The notes beneath the pieces were generated by a model. That model was not told where the DNA came from. It ran no database searches and was given only the letters and a program-made list of their open reading frames with translations. The position numbers and the translations under genes were made by a program. From a virus, in the IMG/VR virus record IMGVR_UViG_3300025674_000015: a stretch of DNA of 64,000 nucleotides. The stretch is one strand, 5' to 3'. This document shows positions 33,279 to 43,127 of the stretch, one piece after another (the first letter of the stretch is position 1; every line of letters begins with the position of its first letter).

Positions 33279-33912
33279 GATAGAATATTATTTACATGAT
33301 AGTATTATTATATTTTTAAAAGATAATTTTAAGAATAATAATATTAATATTAATAATTTTATAGAACATATTGAAAATAAAATACCTAAGCATTTATTCA
33401 CAAATGTAGATTACATTTACATTGGTGAACATCCTGATTTCAACGAAAGAAAGATCAATGCTTTCTATAGAGACTCTGCTATTTACACCACCAATGATCA
33501 AGACAATTTAGATGATTTGACAGATGATATCGTTCATGAGCTGGCTCATTCTCTAGAAGAAGTTTATGGAAGACACATCTATGCAGATGGTGAAATAGAA
33601 AAAGAGTTTCTAAACAAAAGAGAAAAGCTTTACAAAAATGTAAAAGCTATTGATAAGTCTGCATCTATTAAATCTTTTTATCAAACTGAATACTCTTGGG
33701 AGTTTGATAAGTATTTGATGACAAAAATAGGGTATCAAAATCTATACAGATTGGCACATGACATTTTTGTTAACCCTTACGCAGCTACTTCTCTTAGAGA
33801 GTATTACGCAGTTGGATTTGAGACTTTTTATCTGGGCAATAAAAAGTACCTAAAACAAGTCAGCCCACGTCTTTATGAAAAAATATTTGAATTAAATGAA
33901 AAAAATATTTAA
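33247..33912 (+). CDS. zincin-like metallopeptidase domain protein
   Basis: IVHELAHSLE plus downstream YAATSLREYYAVGFE and PRLYE. Confidence 0.7.
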   Translation: MKKYLMKKKNKIEYYLHDSIIIFLKDNFKNNNININNFIEHIENKIPKHLFTNVDYIYIGEHPDFNERKINAFYRDSAIYTTNDQDNLDDLTDDIVHELAHSLEEVYGRHIYADGEIEKEFLNKREKLYKNVKAIDKSASIKSFYQTEYSWEFDKYLMTKIGYQNLYRLAHDIFVNPYAATSLREYYAVGFETFYLGNKKYLKQVSPRLYEKIFELNEKNI

Positions 33913-33937
33913 TATTTTTTCAATCTTGTGTTATAAT
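33908..33937 (+). promoter_or_regulatory. sigma70-type promoter for the glycosyltransferase cluster
   Basis: TTTAAT 33908-33913, TGt-TATAAT 33932-33937. Confidence 0.5.
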
Positions 33938-33954
33938 ATCTTTAAAAGTTTTTA

Positions 33955-35226
33955 ATGAGGTTCAAAGTGGAAGAGAAAATTAAAGTAATGGTCATTAGTG
34001 ATCATCCTTTATCTCCGTCTGGTGTCGGTATTCAAACAAAATACATGATTGAATCCATTCTAGCAACCGGTAAGTTTAAAGTTTTGTGCTTAGGAGGGGC
34101 AGTTAAGCATCAAAACTATGAGCCGATCTTGGTTGAAGGTTACGACGATGATTGGATGATTATTCCCGTTGATGGGTATGGAACCCAAGATATGGTTCGC
34201 TCAATGTTGGCAAATCATAAACCAGACATTCTTTGGTTTATGACAGATCCAAGGTTTTATGAGTGGCTTTGGGGTATGGAAAATGAAATTAGATCGAACG
34301 TTCCTATGGTTTATTATCACGTTTGGGATAACTATCCTTTACCTGATTTTAACAAAAAGTATTACGATTCAAACGATGTGATTGTTTCAATTTCAAAATT
34401 AACTGACGATGTGGTTCGAAAAGTTGCACCGGATGTTGATTGTAGATATTTGCCACATGCTGTTGATAACAAAGTATTTAAGCCTTTTTATAACCCTAAA
34501 GTAAGGGAGGTAAGAGAAAAATTAACAGATGGCAAAGAAAAGTTTGTTGTTTTTTGGAACAACAGAAATGCAAGAAGAAAACAATCCGGATCTTTGATCT
34601 TCTGGTTTAAAGATTTCTTGGATAAAGTTGGGAATGATAAAGCAACACTTGTTATGCATACAGATCCAAATGACCCAAACGGTCAAGATCTTCAAGCTAT
34701 TTTGGAAAAGTTGGGTCTTGTAAATGGTGAAGTTATTATTTCAGTCCAAAAAGTATCACCAGAAGATATGGCAATTCTTTATAACGCTTCTGATTGTGTA
34801 ATTAACATCTCAGATGCTGAAGGTTTCGGTCTTTCAACACTTGAAGCAATGAGTTGTGGCAAGCCTATTATTGTTAACAAAACTGGTGGATTATCTTCTC
34901 AGATGTCAGAAGAGTTTGAAGCAGGTTTCTTTATTGAGCCGGCCTCAAAAGCTGTCATTGGTTCGCAGAATGTCCCTTATATCTATGAAGATCGATTGGC
35001 TAGTGAAGATGTTGTTTCTGCTTTGGAGGACATGTTCACTCTTTGGACAAAAGACGAAGTTGCTTATAAAGAAATGTGTAGAGCGGCCCTTAAAAACGTT
35101 AAAAAGAACTTTAATTTTGACCATTTGAAGGAAAAATGGGCTGAAATTATGTTAGATGTTCATGAAAAGTACGGCTCTTGGGAAAACAGAAAAAACTATA
35201 AGCACTACAAACTGTATGAATTTTAA
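33955..35226 (+). CDS. GT-B (GT4-like) glycosyltransferase
   Basis: PSGVG, YLPHAVD, NRNARRK, YNASD, EGFGLSTLEAMSCGKPII. Confidence 0.92.
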   Translation: MRFKVEEKIKVMVISDHPLSPSGVGIQTKYMIESILATGKFKVLCLGGAVKHQNYEPILVEGYDDDWMIIPVDGYGTQDMVRSMLANHKPDILWFMTDPRFYEWLWGMENEIRSNVPMVYYHVWDNYPLPDFNKKYYDSNDVIVSISKLTDDVVRKVAPDVDCRYLPHAVDNKVFKPFYNPKVREVREKLTDGKEKFVVFWNNRNARRKQSGSLIFWFKDFLDKVGNDKATLVMHTDPNDPNGQDLQAILEKLGLVNGEVIISVQKVSPEDMAILYNASDCVINISDAEGFGLSTLEAMSCGKPIIVNKTGGLSSQMSEEFEAGFFIEPASKAVIGSQNVPYIYEDRLASEDVVSALEDMFTLWTKDEVAYKEMCRAALKNVKKNFNFDHLKEKWAEIMLDVHEKYGSWENRKNYKHYKLYEF

Positions 35227-35236
35227 AGGTTGCTAA

Positions 35237-36508
35237 ATGAAAACTAGAATTTTATTAAGAGGTCCGGTTTTATCTTTTTCAGGGTATGGAGAACACGCTC
35301 GATTTATTCTTCGCGCCTTGCGCTCTCAAGAAGAAAAGTACGATATTCATGTTATTCCAACTGATTGGGGTAAAATGTCTTGGCTTCACAAATTTGACGA
35401 AGAAAGAGAATGGATTGATTATCTGATCAAAAAAACGATGGGTGCTATTGAAAGAAAAGAACAATTCGATCTTTCAATTCAAGTTGACGTCCCTTCTCTT
35501 TTCAAGCCAATGGCTCCTTTGAATATTGGAGTCACCGCCGGTACAGAAACTGATAAAGTTTCGCCGGAATGGATTGAAAAAGTAAACATGATGGACCAAA
35601 TCATCACAACCAGTCAGCACACTTCCGATGGTTTTCTAAAGTCGGTTTATCAAGCAATGAATCAAGCTACTGGACAAAAGATTGAAGACTTTAAATGTAA
35701 TACAAAAGTTGATCATGTTGGATATCCAGTTAAAAATATCGAAACTAAAGAAGTCGAACTAAATTTGAAAACAGACTTCAACTTTTTTGTTTGCGCCACA
35801 TGGTGTGCTAGAAAGAACATCGAAAACACTTTGAAGTGGTTTTTAGAAGAGTTTTATGACAATGAGGAAGTTGGGCTGGTTTTGAAGGTTATGTACCTTA
35901 ATGGCTCTAATTTGGACTTTGAAGTAACAAGACGAAAGATCAAAGACATTGTTTCGAAGTTTAAAGATAGGAAGTGTCACATTTATCTTCTCCATGGAGA
36001 TTTATCAGACGAGGAAATGCACTCTCTTTACAAGAGAAACGATATTAAATGCTTGATCAACTTGGCTCATGGAGAAGGTTTTGGCCTTCCAATCTTTGAA
36101 GCAGCATATTCAGGACTTCCAGTTATTGCCCCGAACTGGGGCGGCTTGAGAGACTTTATGAACATGCAAAACAAAAAGAACAAAGTTCGTCCTTATTTCA
36201 AAACAGTCGACTTTGATGTTGCAAAAATCCAACCTTATGCTGTTTGGAAAGATATCTTGATTAAAGATTCTAATTGGTGCTATCCAAAGCAAGGGTCTTA
36301 TAAAATGGCCTTAAGAGACATGTTTAAGAACTACAATATGCATCTTAATCGAGCGAGAGATTTGAGAGATCATATTTTAGAAGAGTTCAAAGAGGAAAAT
36401 CAATATTCCAAATTGAACAAAATTATTCAAGATGTTGTCGGTCCCGAAGTTTCATCAAATGATATTGATGATTATTTTAACAACTTAGTAGAGGAATTTG
36501 AAAAGTGA
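35237..36508 (+). CDS. GT-B (GT4-like) glycosyltransferase
   Basis: SGYGEHAR, RKNI, HGEGFGLPIFEAAYSGLPVI. Confidence 0.92.
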   Translation: MKTRILLRGPVLSFSGYGEHARFILRALRSQEEKYDIHVIPTDWGKMSWLHKFDEEREWIDYLIKKTMGAIERKEQFDLSIQVDVPSLFKPMAPLNIGVTAGTETDKVSPEWIEKVNMMDQIITTSQHTSDGFLKSVYQAMNQATGQKIEDFKCNTKVDHVGYPVKNIETKEVELNLKTDFNFFVCATWCARKNIENTLKWFLEEFYDNEEVGLVLKVMYLNGSNLDFEVTRRKIKDIVSKFKDRKCHIYLLHGDLSDEEMHSLYKRNDIKCLINLAHGEGFGLPIFEAAYSGLPVIAPNWGGLRDFMNMQNKKNKVRPYFKTVDFDVAKIQPYAVWKDILIKDSNWCYPKQGSYKMALRDMFKNYNMHLNRARDLRDHILEEFKEENQYSKLNKIIQDVVGPEVSSNDIDDYFNNLVEEFEK

Positions 36509-38118
36509 TTGTTTTTTGCTCTGATCTTTTTGTGGAACATATTAATGGCGGAGCAGAACTAACTTCTGATGCAATCATCAAAAGCAGTAAGATTCCAATT
36601 GTCAGGCTTTCTACTTTAAATCTAACAATCAGAACAATTCAGCAATACAAGAATCACTTCTGGATTTTTGGAAACTACAAAGGCTTGAAAAAGAAGCTTC
36701 AGTTTCATATTGCTAAAACCGTTGATTATGCAGTTCTAGAGTATGATTATAAATATTGCAAATATCGCTCCCCCGAGTTTCATCAAGAGATTGAAAACAA
36801 AGAGTGCGATTGTGAAAAAACAGAAGATGGAAAAGTAGCTGCTATCTTTCTTCGAAAAGCTAGAGCAGCTTTTTGGATGTCAAAAGCTCAATTGGATTAT
36901 TGTGTTTCCAAGTTTCCTTTCTTGAAAGATGGCAATAATATTGTCTTGAACTCTGTTCTCTCGGAGGAAACTCTAGACAAAATTGAGGCCATGGACTGTG
37001 ACAATAAAAGCGAAACTTGGGGGATCATTGGTTCAACCTCTTGGATCAAGGGGGTGCAAGAAGCAATCGATTACGCAAAGAAAAAAGGCTTGAAATATAA
37101 AGTTCTCTCAGGGTTGACGCATGATAAATGTTTAGAAGCCATGTCAAAAATGAAAGGTCTTATTTTCAAACCTTTAGGAAAAGATACGTGCCCTAGGATT
37201 ACAATGGAAGCAAAGCTTTTGGGTTGTGACTTAGATCTTAATGAGAACGTACAACACAAAGGTGAAGAATGGTTTAAAACAAAAGAATCTTGTTTGGAGC
37301 ATTTAAGAAAAAGAACGGATGTTTTTTGGAGAGAAGTTGAAAAACATATGGATTTCTTAACTTCGTTTGAAACTAAGCAAAAAACACATTTTAAAATTAT
37401 TGTTCCTTTTTACAATGCTGGAAAATGGCTTAAAAAGTGTATTAAAACAATCAAAACTCAAAATTATTCAAATTTTGAGTGTTATTTGATTGATGATATG
37501 TCAGAAGATGAATCGGTTTCCAATCTTAAAAAAGAGATTGGAAACGACAAAAGGTTTACATTAGTACAAAATAAGACAAAAAAGTGGGCTTTGAATGGAA
37601 TTGCAGACGCGATAAAAATGTCAAAAGCAGCCAAAGAAGACGTTGTTATCTTGCTGGATGGAGACGATTGGTTTGCATCTGATTATGTCCTTTCTTATTT
37701 GGATTATATGTACGATGAAAAAGAGTATTGGACTACATATGGAAGTTATGTGATGCATCCTCACGGAATCCCCGGCCCAGAACCTTCAAAGTACCCTGAC
37801 AAGATTGTTGACAATAATGACTATAGAAAAGATGTTTGGAGAGCTTCACATCTTAGAACTTTCAAGAATCATCTATGGGAAAGAATCAAAGATGAAGATC
37901 TTCGGGATCAGGAAGGTGAATATTTTAAAATGGCATATGATCAGGCTGTGATGCTCCCGGTGTTGGAGATGGCTGGAAATAAAGCATTTTATTGTCCAAA
38001 GATCTTGCATGTTTACAATAGGCAAAACCCTTTGAACGTTGATAAGTTGAAAGCCATGGAGCAGAAAAGAACAGCAGATTTCATAAGAACAAAGGAAAAA
38101 TATGAACGTATTCTTTGA
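36505..38118 (+). CDS. fusion of GT-B-like domain and GT2 (GT-A) glycosyltransferase
   Basis: GGAE...DTCPRITMEAKLLGC followed by IIVPFYN, IDDMSED, LLDGDDW. Confidence 0.88.
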   Translation: MIVFCSDLFVEHINGGAELTSDAIIKSSKIPIVRLSTLNLTIRTIQQYKNHFWIFGNYKGLKKKLQFHIAKTVDYAVLEYDYKYCKYRSPEFHQEIENKECDCEKTEDGKVAAIFLRKARAAFWMSKAQLDYCVSKFPFLKDGNNIVLNSVLSEETLDKIEAMDCDNKSETWGIIGSTSWIKGVQEAIDYAKKKGLKYKVLSGLTHDKCLEAMSKMKGLIFKPLGKDTCPRITMEAKLLGCDLDLNENVQHKGEEWFKTKESCLEHLRKRTDVFWREVEKHMDFLTSFETKQKTHFKIIVPFYNAGKWLKKCIKTIKTQNYSNFECYLIDDMSEDESVSNLKKEIGNDKRFTLVQNKTKKWALNGIADAIKMSKAAKEDVVILLDGDDWFASDYVLSYLDYMYDEKEYWTTYGSYVMHPHGIPGPEPSKYPDKIVDNNDYRKDVWRASHLRTFKNHLWERIKDEDLRDQEGEYFKMAYDQAVMLPVLEMAGNKAFYCPKILHVYNRQNPLNVDKLKAMEQKRTADFIRTKEKYERIL

Positions 38119-38998
38119 GAACGTTAATTTTAATAGCAATAGTGGCCCAAACTCTTTTGGAAGAAAACTAGCAAAGCAGTTTCAAAAAAATGGTCATAAT
38201 GTTTGTTCACATGACGAAGCTGATGTTGTTCTTTCTTTTATTCAATCTCATAGAAGACATCATAAGCCAAACATTCTCAGATTGGATGGAATATACTTCA
38301 ATCTAGCTCAGAATTGGGAAGCAATGAACAAAGAAATTCATGAGTCTTATAAGAGAGCAGATGGTATTATCATTCAGTCAGGCTTCAATAAAAAGTTAAT
38401 TGAAGCTTACTTTGGAGAACATCCAAACATTGAAGTTATCCACAACGGAGCAGAGCTAGAACTTATCAATTCTGTAAAGCCTCTGGATAATCGATTAGTC
38501 CAAAAATATGACAATATTTGGTCTTGCGCGGCAGCTTGGAGGCCGCATAAAAGACTAAATGAGAATGTTAAATATTTTCTTGAACACAGGGGGCAAAATG
38601 ATTGTTTGATTGTTGCAGGAAGCAACCATAATGTCAATATAAACCATCCAGACATATATTGCATAGGAAATGTTGATTATGAAACTTTATTGAGGATTTA
38701 TAAAACATCAAAATGTTTTTTACATTTGGCATGGTTAGACAATTGCCCAAATGTTGTTGTTGACGCAAAAGCTGCCGGCTGCAAAATTGTTTGTTCTTCG
38801 TCCGGAGGAACTCCAGAATTGGTTCGCAAAGGTGATATTATTATCCAAGAAGAAGAATGGGACTTTAAGCCTACTATGCTTTACGAGCCACCAGAGCTTG
38901 ACTTTTCTAGGAAAGTTATAAATGAAAACAACAAAGAACCCTATACAATGAAAGGTGTTTCAAAGGAATATGAATTTTTCTTATCAAAATTACTATGA
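38102..38998 (+). CDS. GT-B glycosyltransferase
   Basis: SGPNSF, VIHNG, WRPHKRL, DNCPNVVVDAKAAGC, SGGTPEL. Confidence 0.88.
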   Translation: MNVFFENVNFNSNSGPNSFGRKLAKQFQKNGHNVCSHDEADVVLSFIQSHRRHHKPNILRLDGIYFNLAQNWEAMNKEIHESYKRADGIIIQSGFNKKLIEAYFGEHPNIEVIHNGAELELINSVKPLDNRLVQKYDNIWSCAAAWRPHKRLNENVKYFLEHRGQNDCLIVAGSNHNVNINHPDIYCIGNVDYETLLRIYKTSKCFLHLAWLDNCPNVVVDAKAAGCKIVCSSSGGTPELVRKGDIIIQEEEWDFKPTMLYEPPELDFSRKVINENNKEPYTMKGVSKEYEFFLSKLL

Positions 38999-39680
38999 CC
39001 ATTGGGAATCTCAAAAGAAGCAGTCGATCTATTTAAATGAATTTGATATGTTTATCGGCAATCTAAAAGACGTAAAACCACCAGAAAAATATGTCGACAT
39101 TTGGACAGATATTAATTTACCAATACAGGAGTTAAAAGCCAATAACCATGGTATGTTAGGTAAAAGAAGGCAGAATTGCTTACAAACGCTGTCCAAGCGC
39201 GCTTATTACTTAACTAGAATGGCGGAGTTCATCGGCGCAAAAAACATAGTAGAGGTTGGCACCGCACAGGGTTGGCAATTTTATACTTTTGCTGAACACC
39301 TTAAGGGTACCGGTGGTCACGTTTGGAGTTGTGATATAAAAGACGTCAGGAATCAAAAATATATTAATAGGTATGATAATGCCACGTTTTGCTTAGGTGA
39401 TAGTTCAAAATTGAAGTTAGCATTAGGTGAGGAAAAAATTGATATGTTTTATATCGACGGCGCTCATGACAAAGGAAGTGTTTTGACAGATGTTTTGAAC
39501 CTTAGAGATAATCAATCTGAAGCCCCGATATGGGTTTTCGATGATTTTGATTTGAGATTTGGATGTTATCAAGACATTGCATATCTTTGTAGTAAAAATG
39601 CAAATCACAAAGTGTATGATATTGGGGAGGTTGCTAGCGGCAACCCATCACATCAAGTATTACTAGTAGGAAAATTATAA
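38955..39680 (+). CDS. class I SAM methyltransferase (Methyltransf_24-like)
   Basis: IVEVGTAQG, GDS, FYIDGAH, VFDD. Confidence 0.85.
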   Translation: MFQRNMNFSYQNYYDHWESQKKQSIYLNEFDMFIGNLKDVKPPEKYVDIWTDINLPIQELKANNHGMLGKRRQNCLQTLSKRAYYLTRMAEFIGAKNIVEVGTAQGWQFYTFAEHLKGTGGHVWSCDIKDVRNQKYINRYDNATFCLGDSSKLKLALGEEKIDMFYIDGAHDKGSVLTDVLNLRDNQSEAPIWVFDDFDLRFGCYQDIAYLCSKNANHKVYDIGEVASGNPSHQVLLVGKL

Positions 39681-39755
39681 ATGAAGATATCAAGGAATGC
39701 TATAGCATTCAAAATGTTGCAAATAAATATGAACTTTTCTTAGAGGAGAACCTTA

Positions 39756-40355
39756 ATGTATGGAAGGCATGACAGCTACGAGGATTATATCAATCATCAA
39801 AAAGAAAAAACAACAGATCCAGTCAGAAGAAAGAAGTGGCTTGGTGAGGAGTGGGAACTTAAACTAAGTGGGTTCAAGCAGTTTTTCCATGGATATCTTG
39901 CTGATGATTGCTTGAATGTTGGAGCCAAAGCGCTTTGCATTGGAGCCAGAACTGGACAAGAAGTAAGGGCTTTGTTAGATATGGAGATCGAAGCAGTTGG
40001 TATCGATATTGTCCCATGTCCTCCTTTAGTGGTAGAAGGTGATATGCACAATTTGAACTTTGAAGATAATTCTTTTGACTTTGTATTTTCAAATGTTTAC
40101 GATCATTCTTTATATCCGGTCAAAAAATGTCAAGAAGTTATGAGAGTTTTGAAAAAGGGTGGGGTTGGAGTATTTCACCTACAAGTAAACGTAAATTCGG
40201 ATAAATACTCAGAAAACCACATTTATAATGTAAAATATGACGTTTTACCAAACTTGCAAAAAGCTCAAATTATTAGAGTTGAGAAGTTAAAGCCAAACTT
40301 TTCGGGCATGAATTACGAAGTGATATTTAAAAAAATAGGAGGTTTTAATGGCTAG
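39756..40355 (+). CDS. class I SAM methyltransferase (Methyltransf_11-like)
   Basis: LCIGARTG, VGID, GDMHNLNFEDNSFDFVFS, RVLKKGG. Confidence 0.88.
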   Translation: MYGRHDSYEDYINHQKEKTTDPVRRKKWLGEEWELKLSGFKQFFHGYLADDCLNVGAKALCIGARTGQEVRALLDMEIEAVGIDIVPCPPLVVEGDMHNLNFEDNSFDFVFSNVYDHSLYPVKKCQEVMRVLKKGGVGVFHLQVNVNSDKYSENHIYNVKYDVLPNLQKAQIIRVEKLKPNFSGMNYEVIFKKIGGFNG

Positions 40356-41232
40356 ATGCTTAGTTACCGGTCATAAAGGTTACATTGGGAGTAAAGTTTA
40401 TAAAAAATTAGTAGAATTAGGACATGAAGTCATAGGGATTGATCTTAAAAACGGCTCAGATATTCTGAAAGATCTCAGAGAATATAGTGATAATAGTGGT
40501 AATTTTCATCCCCTTTACGCAAATTTTAAGCCGGAATATGTTTTCCATCTAGCAGCGATCCCAAGAGTGCCATACAGTGTTAAGTTTCCAGTTGAAGTAA
40601 TGGAAAACAATATCCTAACAACATCGATTGTCTTGAACTATGCTAGAAAGGTTGGCGCGAAAAGAGTCATTTATTCTAGCTCTTCTTCTGTTGTGGGAAA
40701 TGGAGAAGGCCCAGAAAGCCCTTACGCTCTTTCAAAGTTGGTGCCGGAAATGGAATGTAAAATGTATTCAAAACTTTATGGGTTGGATACGGTCTGTTTA
40801 AGGTATTTCAACGTATATTCCACAGATCAGCGCCCGGATGGAGCTTATGGCACAGCAGTTGCCTCTTTCATGTCTGCAATCGAAAAAGGACAAAGGCCGT
40901 ATATCACCGGAGACGGAGAACAAAGAAGAGATATGCTAAACGTTCATGACGCCGTTTCAGCTAATATCTTTTGTATGGAAAGAAAAGAAAACTTCAATGG
41001 ACAACATTTTGACGTTGGCACTGGGGAGAACATCTCACTTAACGAGATTAAAGAAATTGTCAAAGAGTACCATCCAAACGTGGAATTTGATTATGTCGAT
41101 CCTCGCGCTGGGGATGTTATGTACACAAAAGCAGATACTTCCGGCTTGAAAAAGCTAGGGTGGCAAGTAAAAGTCAATATTAAAGAAGGAATTAGAAAAT
41201 GCTTCAAAGGAGTCAAAAATGAAGATTTTTAA
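40348..41232 (+). CDS. NAD-dependent sugar epimerase/dehydratase (extended SDR)
   Basis: VTGHKGYIGS, FHLAA, YSSSS, YALSK (YxxxK), LRYFNVY, GDGEQRRD. Confidence 0.93.
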   Translation: MARCLVTGHKGYIGSKVYKKLVELGHEVIGIDLKNGSDILKDLREYSDNSGNFHPLYANFKPEYVFHLAAIPRVPYSVKFPVEVMENNILTTSIVLNYARKVGAKRVIYSSSSSVVGNGEGPESPYALSKLVPEMECKMYSKLYGLDTVCLRYFNVYSTDQRPDGAYGTAVASFMSAIEKGQRPYITGDGEQRRDMLNVHDAVSANIFCMERKENFNGQHFDVGTGENISLNEIKEIVKEYHPNVEFDYVDPRAGDVMYTKADTSGLKKLGWQVKVNIKEGIRKCFKGVKNEDF

Positions 41233-41425
41233 TGAAAAAGATTACTACACATTTTCCAATCAAGCAGTTGGAGCAGTCATGATGGCGCTTCAAAAGTCTT
41301 TGATGGAGCAATCAGACATTGTTCCAGTTTTGAAAGAATTTCAATTGATTTTCAACGAAGAAGGTGAGGTTATTGTCGATAATCCTCCCAACTTCAAACT
41401 TGAAGAGGGTGATGTGGATGCCTGA
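41219..41425 (+). CDS. hypothetical conserved phage protein
   Basis: GGAG RBS; QAVGAVMMALQKSL. Confidence 0.75.
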   Translation: MKIFNEKDYYTFSNQAVGAVMMALQKSLMEQSDIVPVLKEFQLIFNEEGEVIVDNPPNFKLEEGDVDA

Positions 41426-41669
41426 GTACCTTTATCGTTGTCAAAAATGCAGCGAAGAGATCACAATCAGGCACTCTATTTCAGAAAAGCCCTTAAAGGC
41501 ACCAGATTGCGACAAAGATTGCAAATTGGATAAGATACCTGTATTATCCTTTAGAAAGCCAAAAACAGGCATTACAAAGGCTGGAGACCTAGTTAAAAAG
41601 CATATAGCAGAAACCCGCGAAGATATAGAGCAAGAAAGGCGGACAATGAAAAAGGAGTATGAGCCATGA
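41418..41669 (+). CDS. FmdB-like zinc-ribbon protein
   Basis: MPEYLYRCQKC...PDC..DC; start reassigned to ATG 41418. Confidence 0.75.
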   Translation: MPEYLYRCQKCSEEITIRHSISEKPLKAPDCDKDCKLDKIPVLSFRKPKTGITKAGDLVKKHIAETREDIEQERRTMKKEYEP

Positions 41670-41965
41670 TTTGGGTGATTTTGTTTTTTGTTTCTTTTTC
41701 TTTTAATTTGTTCATGGGGTGGTATGTTAAGAATCTTTTGAAAGATTTAAGCTTTGTTTCTTCCAAAATGTCTGAATTTAAAGAAAATTTAAACATTTTT
41801 ATTGAAAATATTGAGAATTTTCTTTCAATCGAGATCTTTTCCGATGAACCAGCCGTGAGAGCTTTAAGAAACACAGCGTTTGACTTTAAAGAAGAAGTAA
41901 GTCAGTTTGATGAGATTATAGCTTTAACGGAGGAAGTAGAATATGGCGAGGAGACGCAAGGGTAG
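41666..41965 (+). CDS. single-TM membrane protein with coiled coil
   Basis: N-terminal hydrophobic helix; AAGGAG RBS. Confidence 0.7.
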   Translation: MIWVILFFVSFSFNLFMGWYVKNLLKDLSFVSSKMSEFKENLNIFIENIENFLSIEIFSDEPAVRALRNTAFDFKEEVSQFDEIIALTEEVEYGEETQG

Positions 41966-42629
41966 CGGAAAGCATTATTTTACAAAAGAGCATGAAAATG
42001 CTATTATTGAATATTGTAAAACAGATAATATTAGAGAAAAGACAGACTTATATGTAAGATGGATTCAGCCGGCATTCAACGAAATGGTTGATAAGATTGT
42101 GTTCACCTTTAAGTTCACAACGCTTCCAAATATCGGAGAGCTTAAAGATGAATGCAAACTTTGGTTGGTTACAATCCTAGACAAATACGATCCAAACAAA
42201 GGATCAAAAGCTTTTTCTTATTTTTCAGTTATTACAAGAAACTGGTTTTTTCATAAAGTGAAAAAGCATAGAAAAAGGCTGAAAACAGAAACTGAATTTC
42301 AAGATTATCAAACTCTGGAAAACGACGAAGATCATGCTCTTTATAACCCTTATTATGATCTAAGGGAGAAACAAGAGTTCTTTGATAAATTGAAAGAAAA
42401 CATCAAGATTTGGAATGATGAATGCGAAAGAGAAAATGAAAAGAAAGTTCTAGACGCCGTCGAAATTATTTTTTCAAAAGCTGATGCCATTGAAATTTTT
42501 AATAAAAAAGCTATTTATCTGTATCTTAGAGAAATAACGGGTTTAAATACAAAACAGATAGTTACAAATTTAAATAAAGTAAGAAAAAAATACCGTGTAT
42601 TTAAAGAAGATTGGGATGACAATGGATGA
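41943..42629 (+). CDS. phage RNA polymerase sigma factor (T4 gp55-like late sigma)
   Basis: HYFT N-terminus; sigma region-2-like LDKYDPNKGSKAFSYFSVITRN; C-terminal HTH-like YLREITGLNTKQI. Confidence 0.75.
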   Translation: MARRRKGSGKHYFTKEHENAIIEYCKTDNIREKTDLYVRWIQPAFNEMVDKIVFTFKFTTLPNIGELKDECKLWLVTILDKYDPNKGSKAFSYFSVITRNWFFHKVKKHRKRLKTETEFQDYQTLENDEDHALYNPYYDLREKQEFFDKLKENIKIWNDECERENEKKVLDAVEIIFSKADAIEIFNKKAIYLYLREITGLNTKQIVTNLNKVRKKYRVFKEDWDDNG

Positions 42630-42832
42630 GTCCGGGATTTGAAAAAGACTACTGTTGTAAAGTTTGTGGATTAGTTTTTTCCCATAAGTGTGGAGAAGAC
42701 CTAGAGAAGCATCCTTCATGTAGTCACCCGGATTGTGAAGTTGAAAGAGTTCCAAGTTATTACACTTATTTTCTTAGAAAACAAGAAAAACAAGATAAAA
42801 AGCCCGGAGTTATTGAAAAAGAGGAAGATTAA
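42626..42832 (+). CDS. small zinc-ribbon protein
   Basis: CKVCG...CSHPDC. Confidence 0.55.
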   Translation: MSPGFEKDYCCKVCGLVFSHKCGEDLEKHPSCSHPDCEVERVPSYYTYFLRKQEKQDKKPGVIEKEED

Positions 42833-42833
42833 A

Positions 42834-43127
42834 ATGGCAAAAGATTATATTGCAGAAGTTATCGACAATATCCGTTCAGATCGAGCAACAACAAAGTCTA
42901 TTTTAACTGATGCCATGATTTATCTTAAAAAGAACGAAGAAAACCACAGAACAGTCGGCCTGACTGTCGCAAAGTATCTAGAGACCCTCCAACGATCCAA
43001 CGAACAATTAGTTAAAATCGCTTCTTTAATGGAAAAAAGAGGAGAAGAGCATTACGAACTCTCTGACGATGACAGGGATGAGCTTTTTGATCTTATAAAG
43101 GAAGAAGAAAAAGATGGCGAAGCATAA
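42834..43127 (+). CDS. hypothetical conserved phage protein
   Basis: Start ATG 42834; NIRSDR...AKYLETLQRSNEQLVK. Confidence 0.75.
   Translation: MAKDYIAEVIDNIRSDRATTKSILTDAMIYLKKNEENHRTVGLTVAKYLETLQRSNEQLVKIASLMEKRGEEHYELSDDDRDELFDLIKEEEKDGEA

Noticed and set aside
33955-41232. Bacterial LPS/capsule locus, implying a chromosome or prophage flank
   Set aside because: No wzx/wzy/ABC export genes; the cluster is continuous with phage sigma and baseplate genes, and no housekeeping genes or integrase are present.
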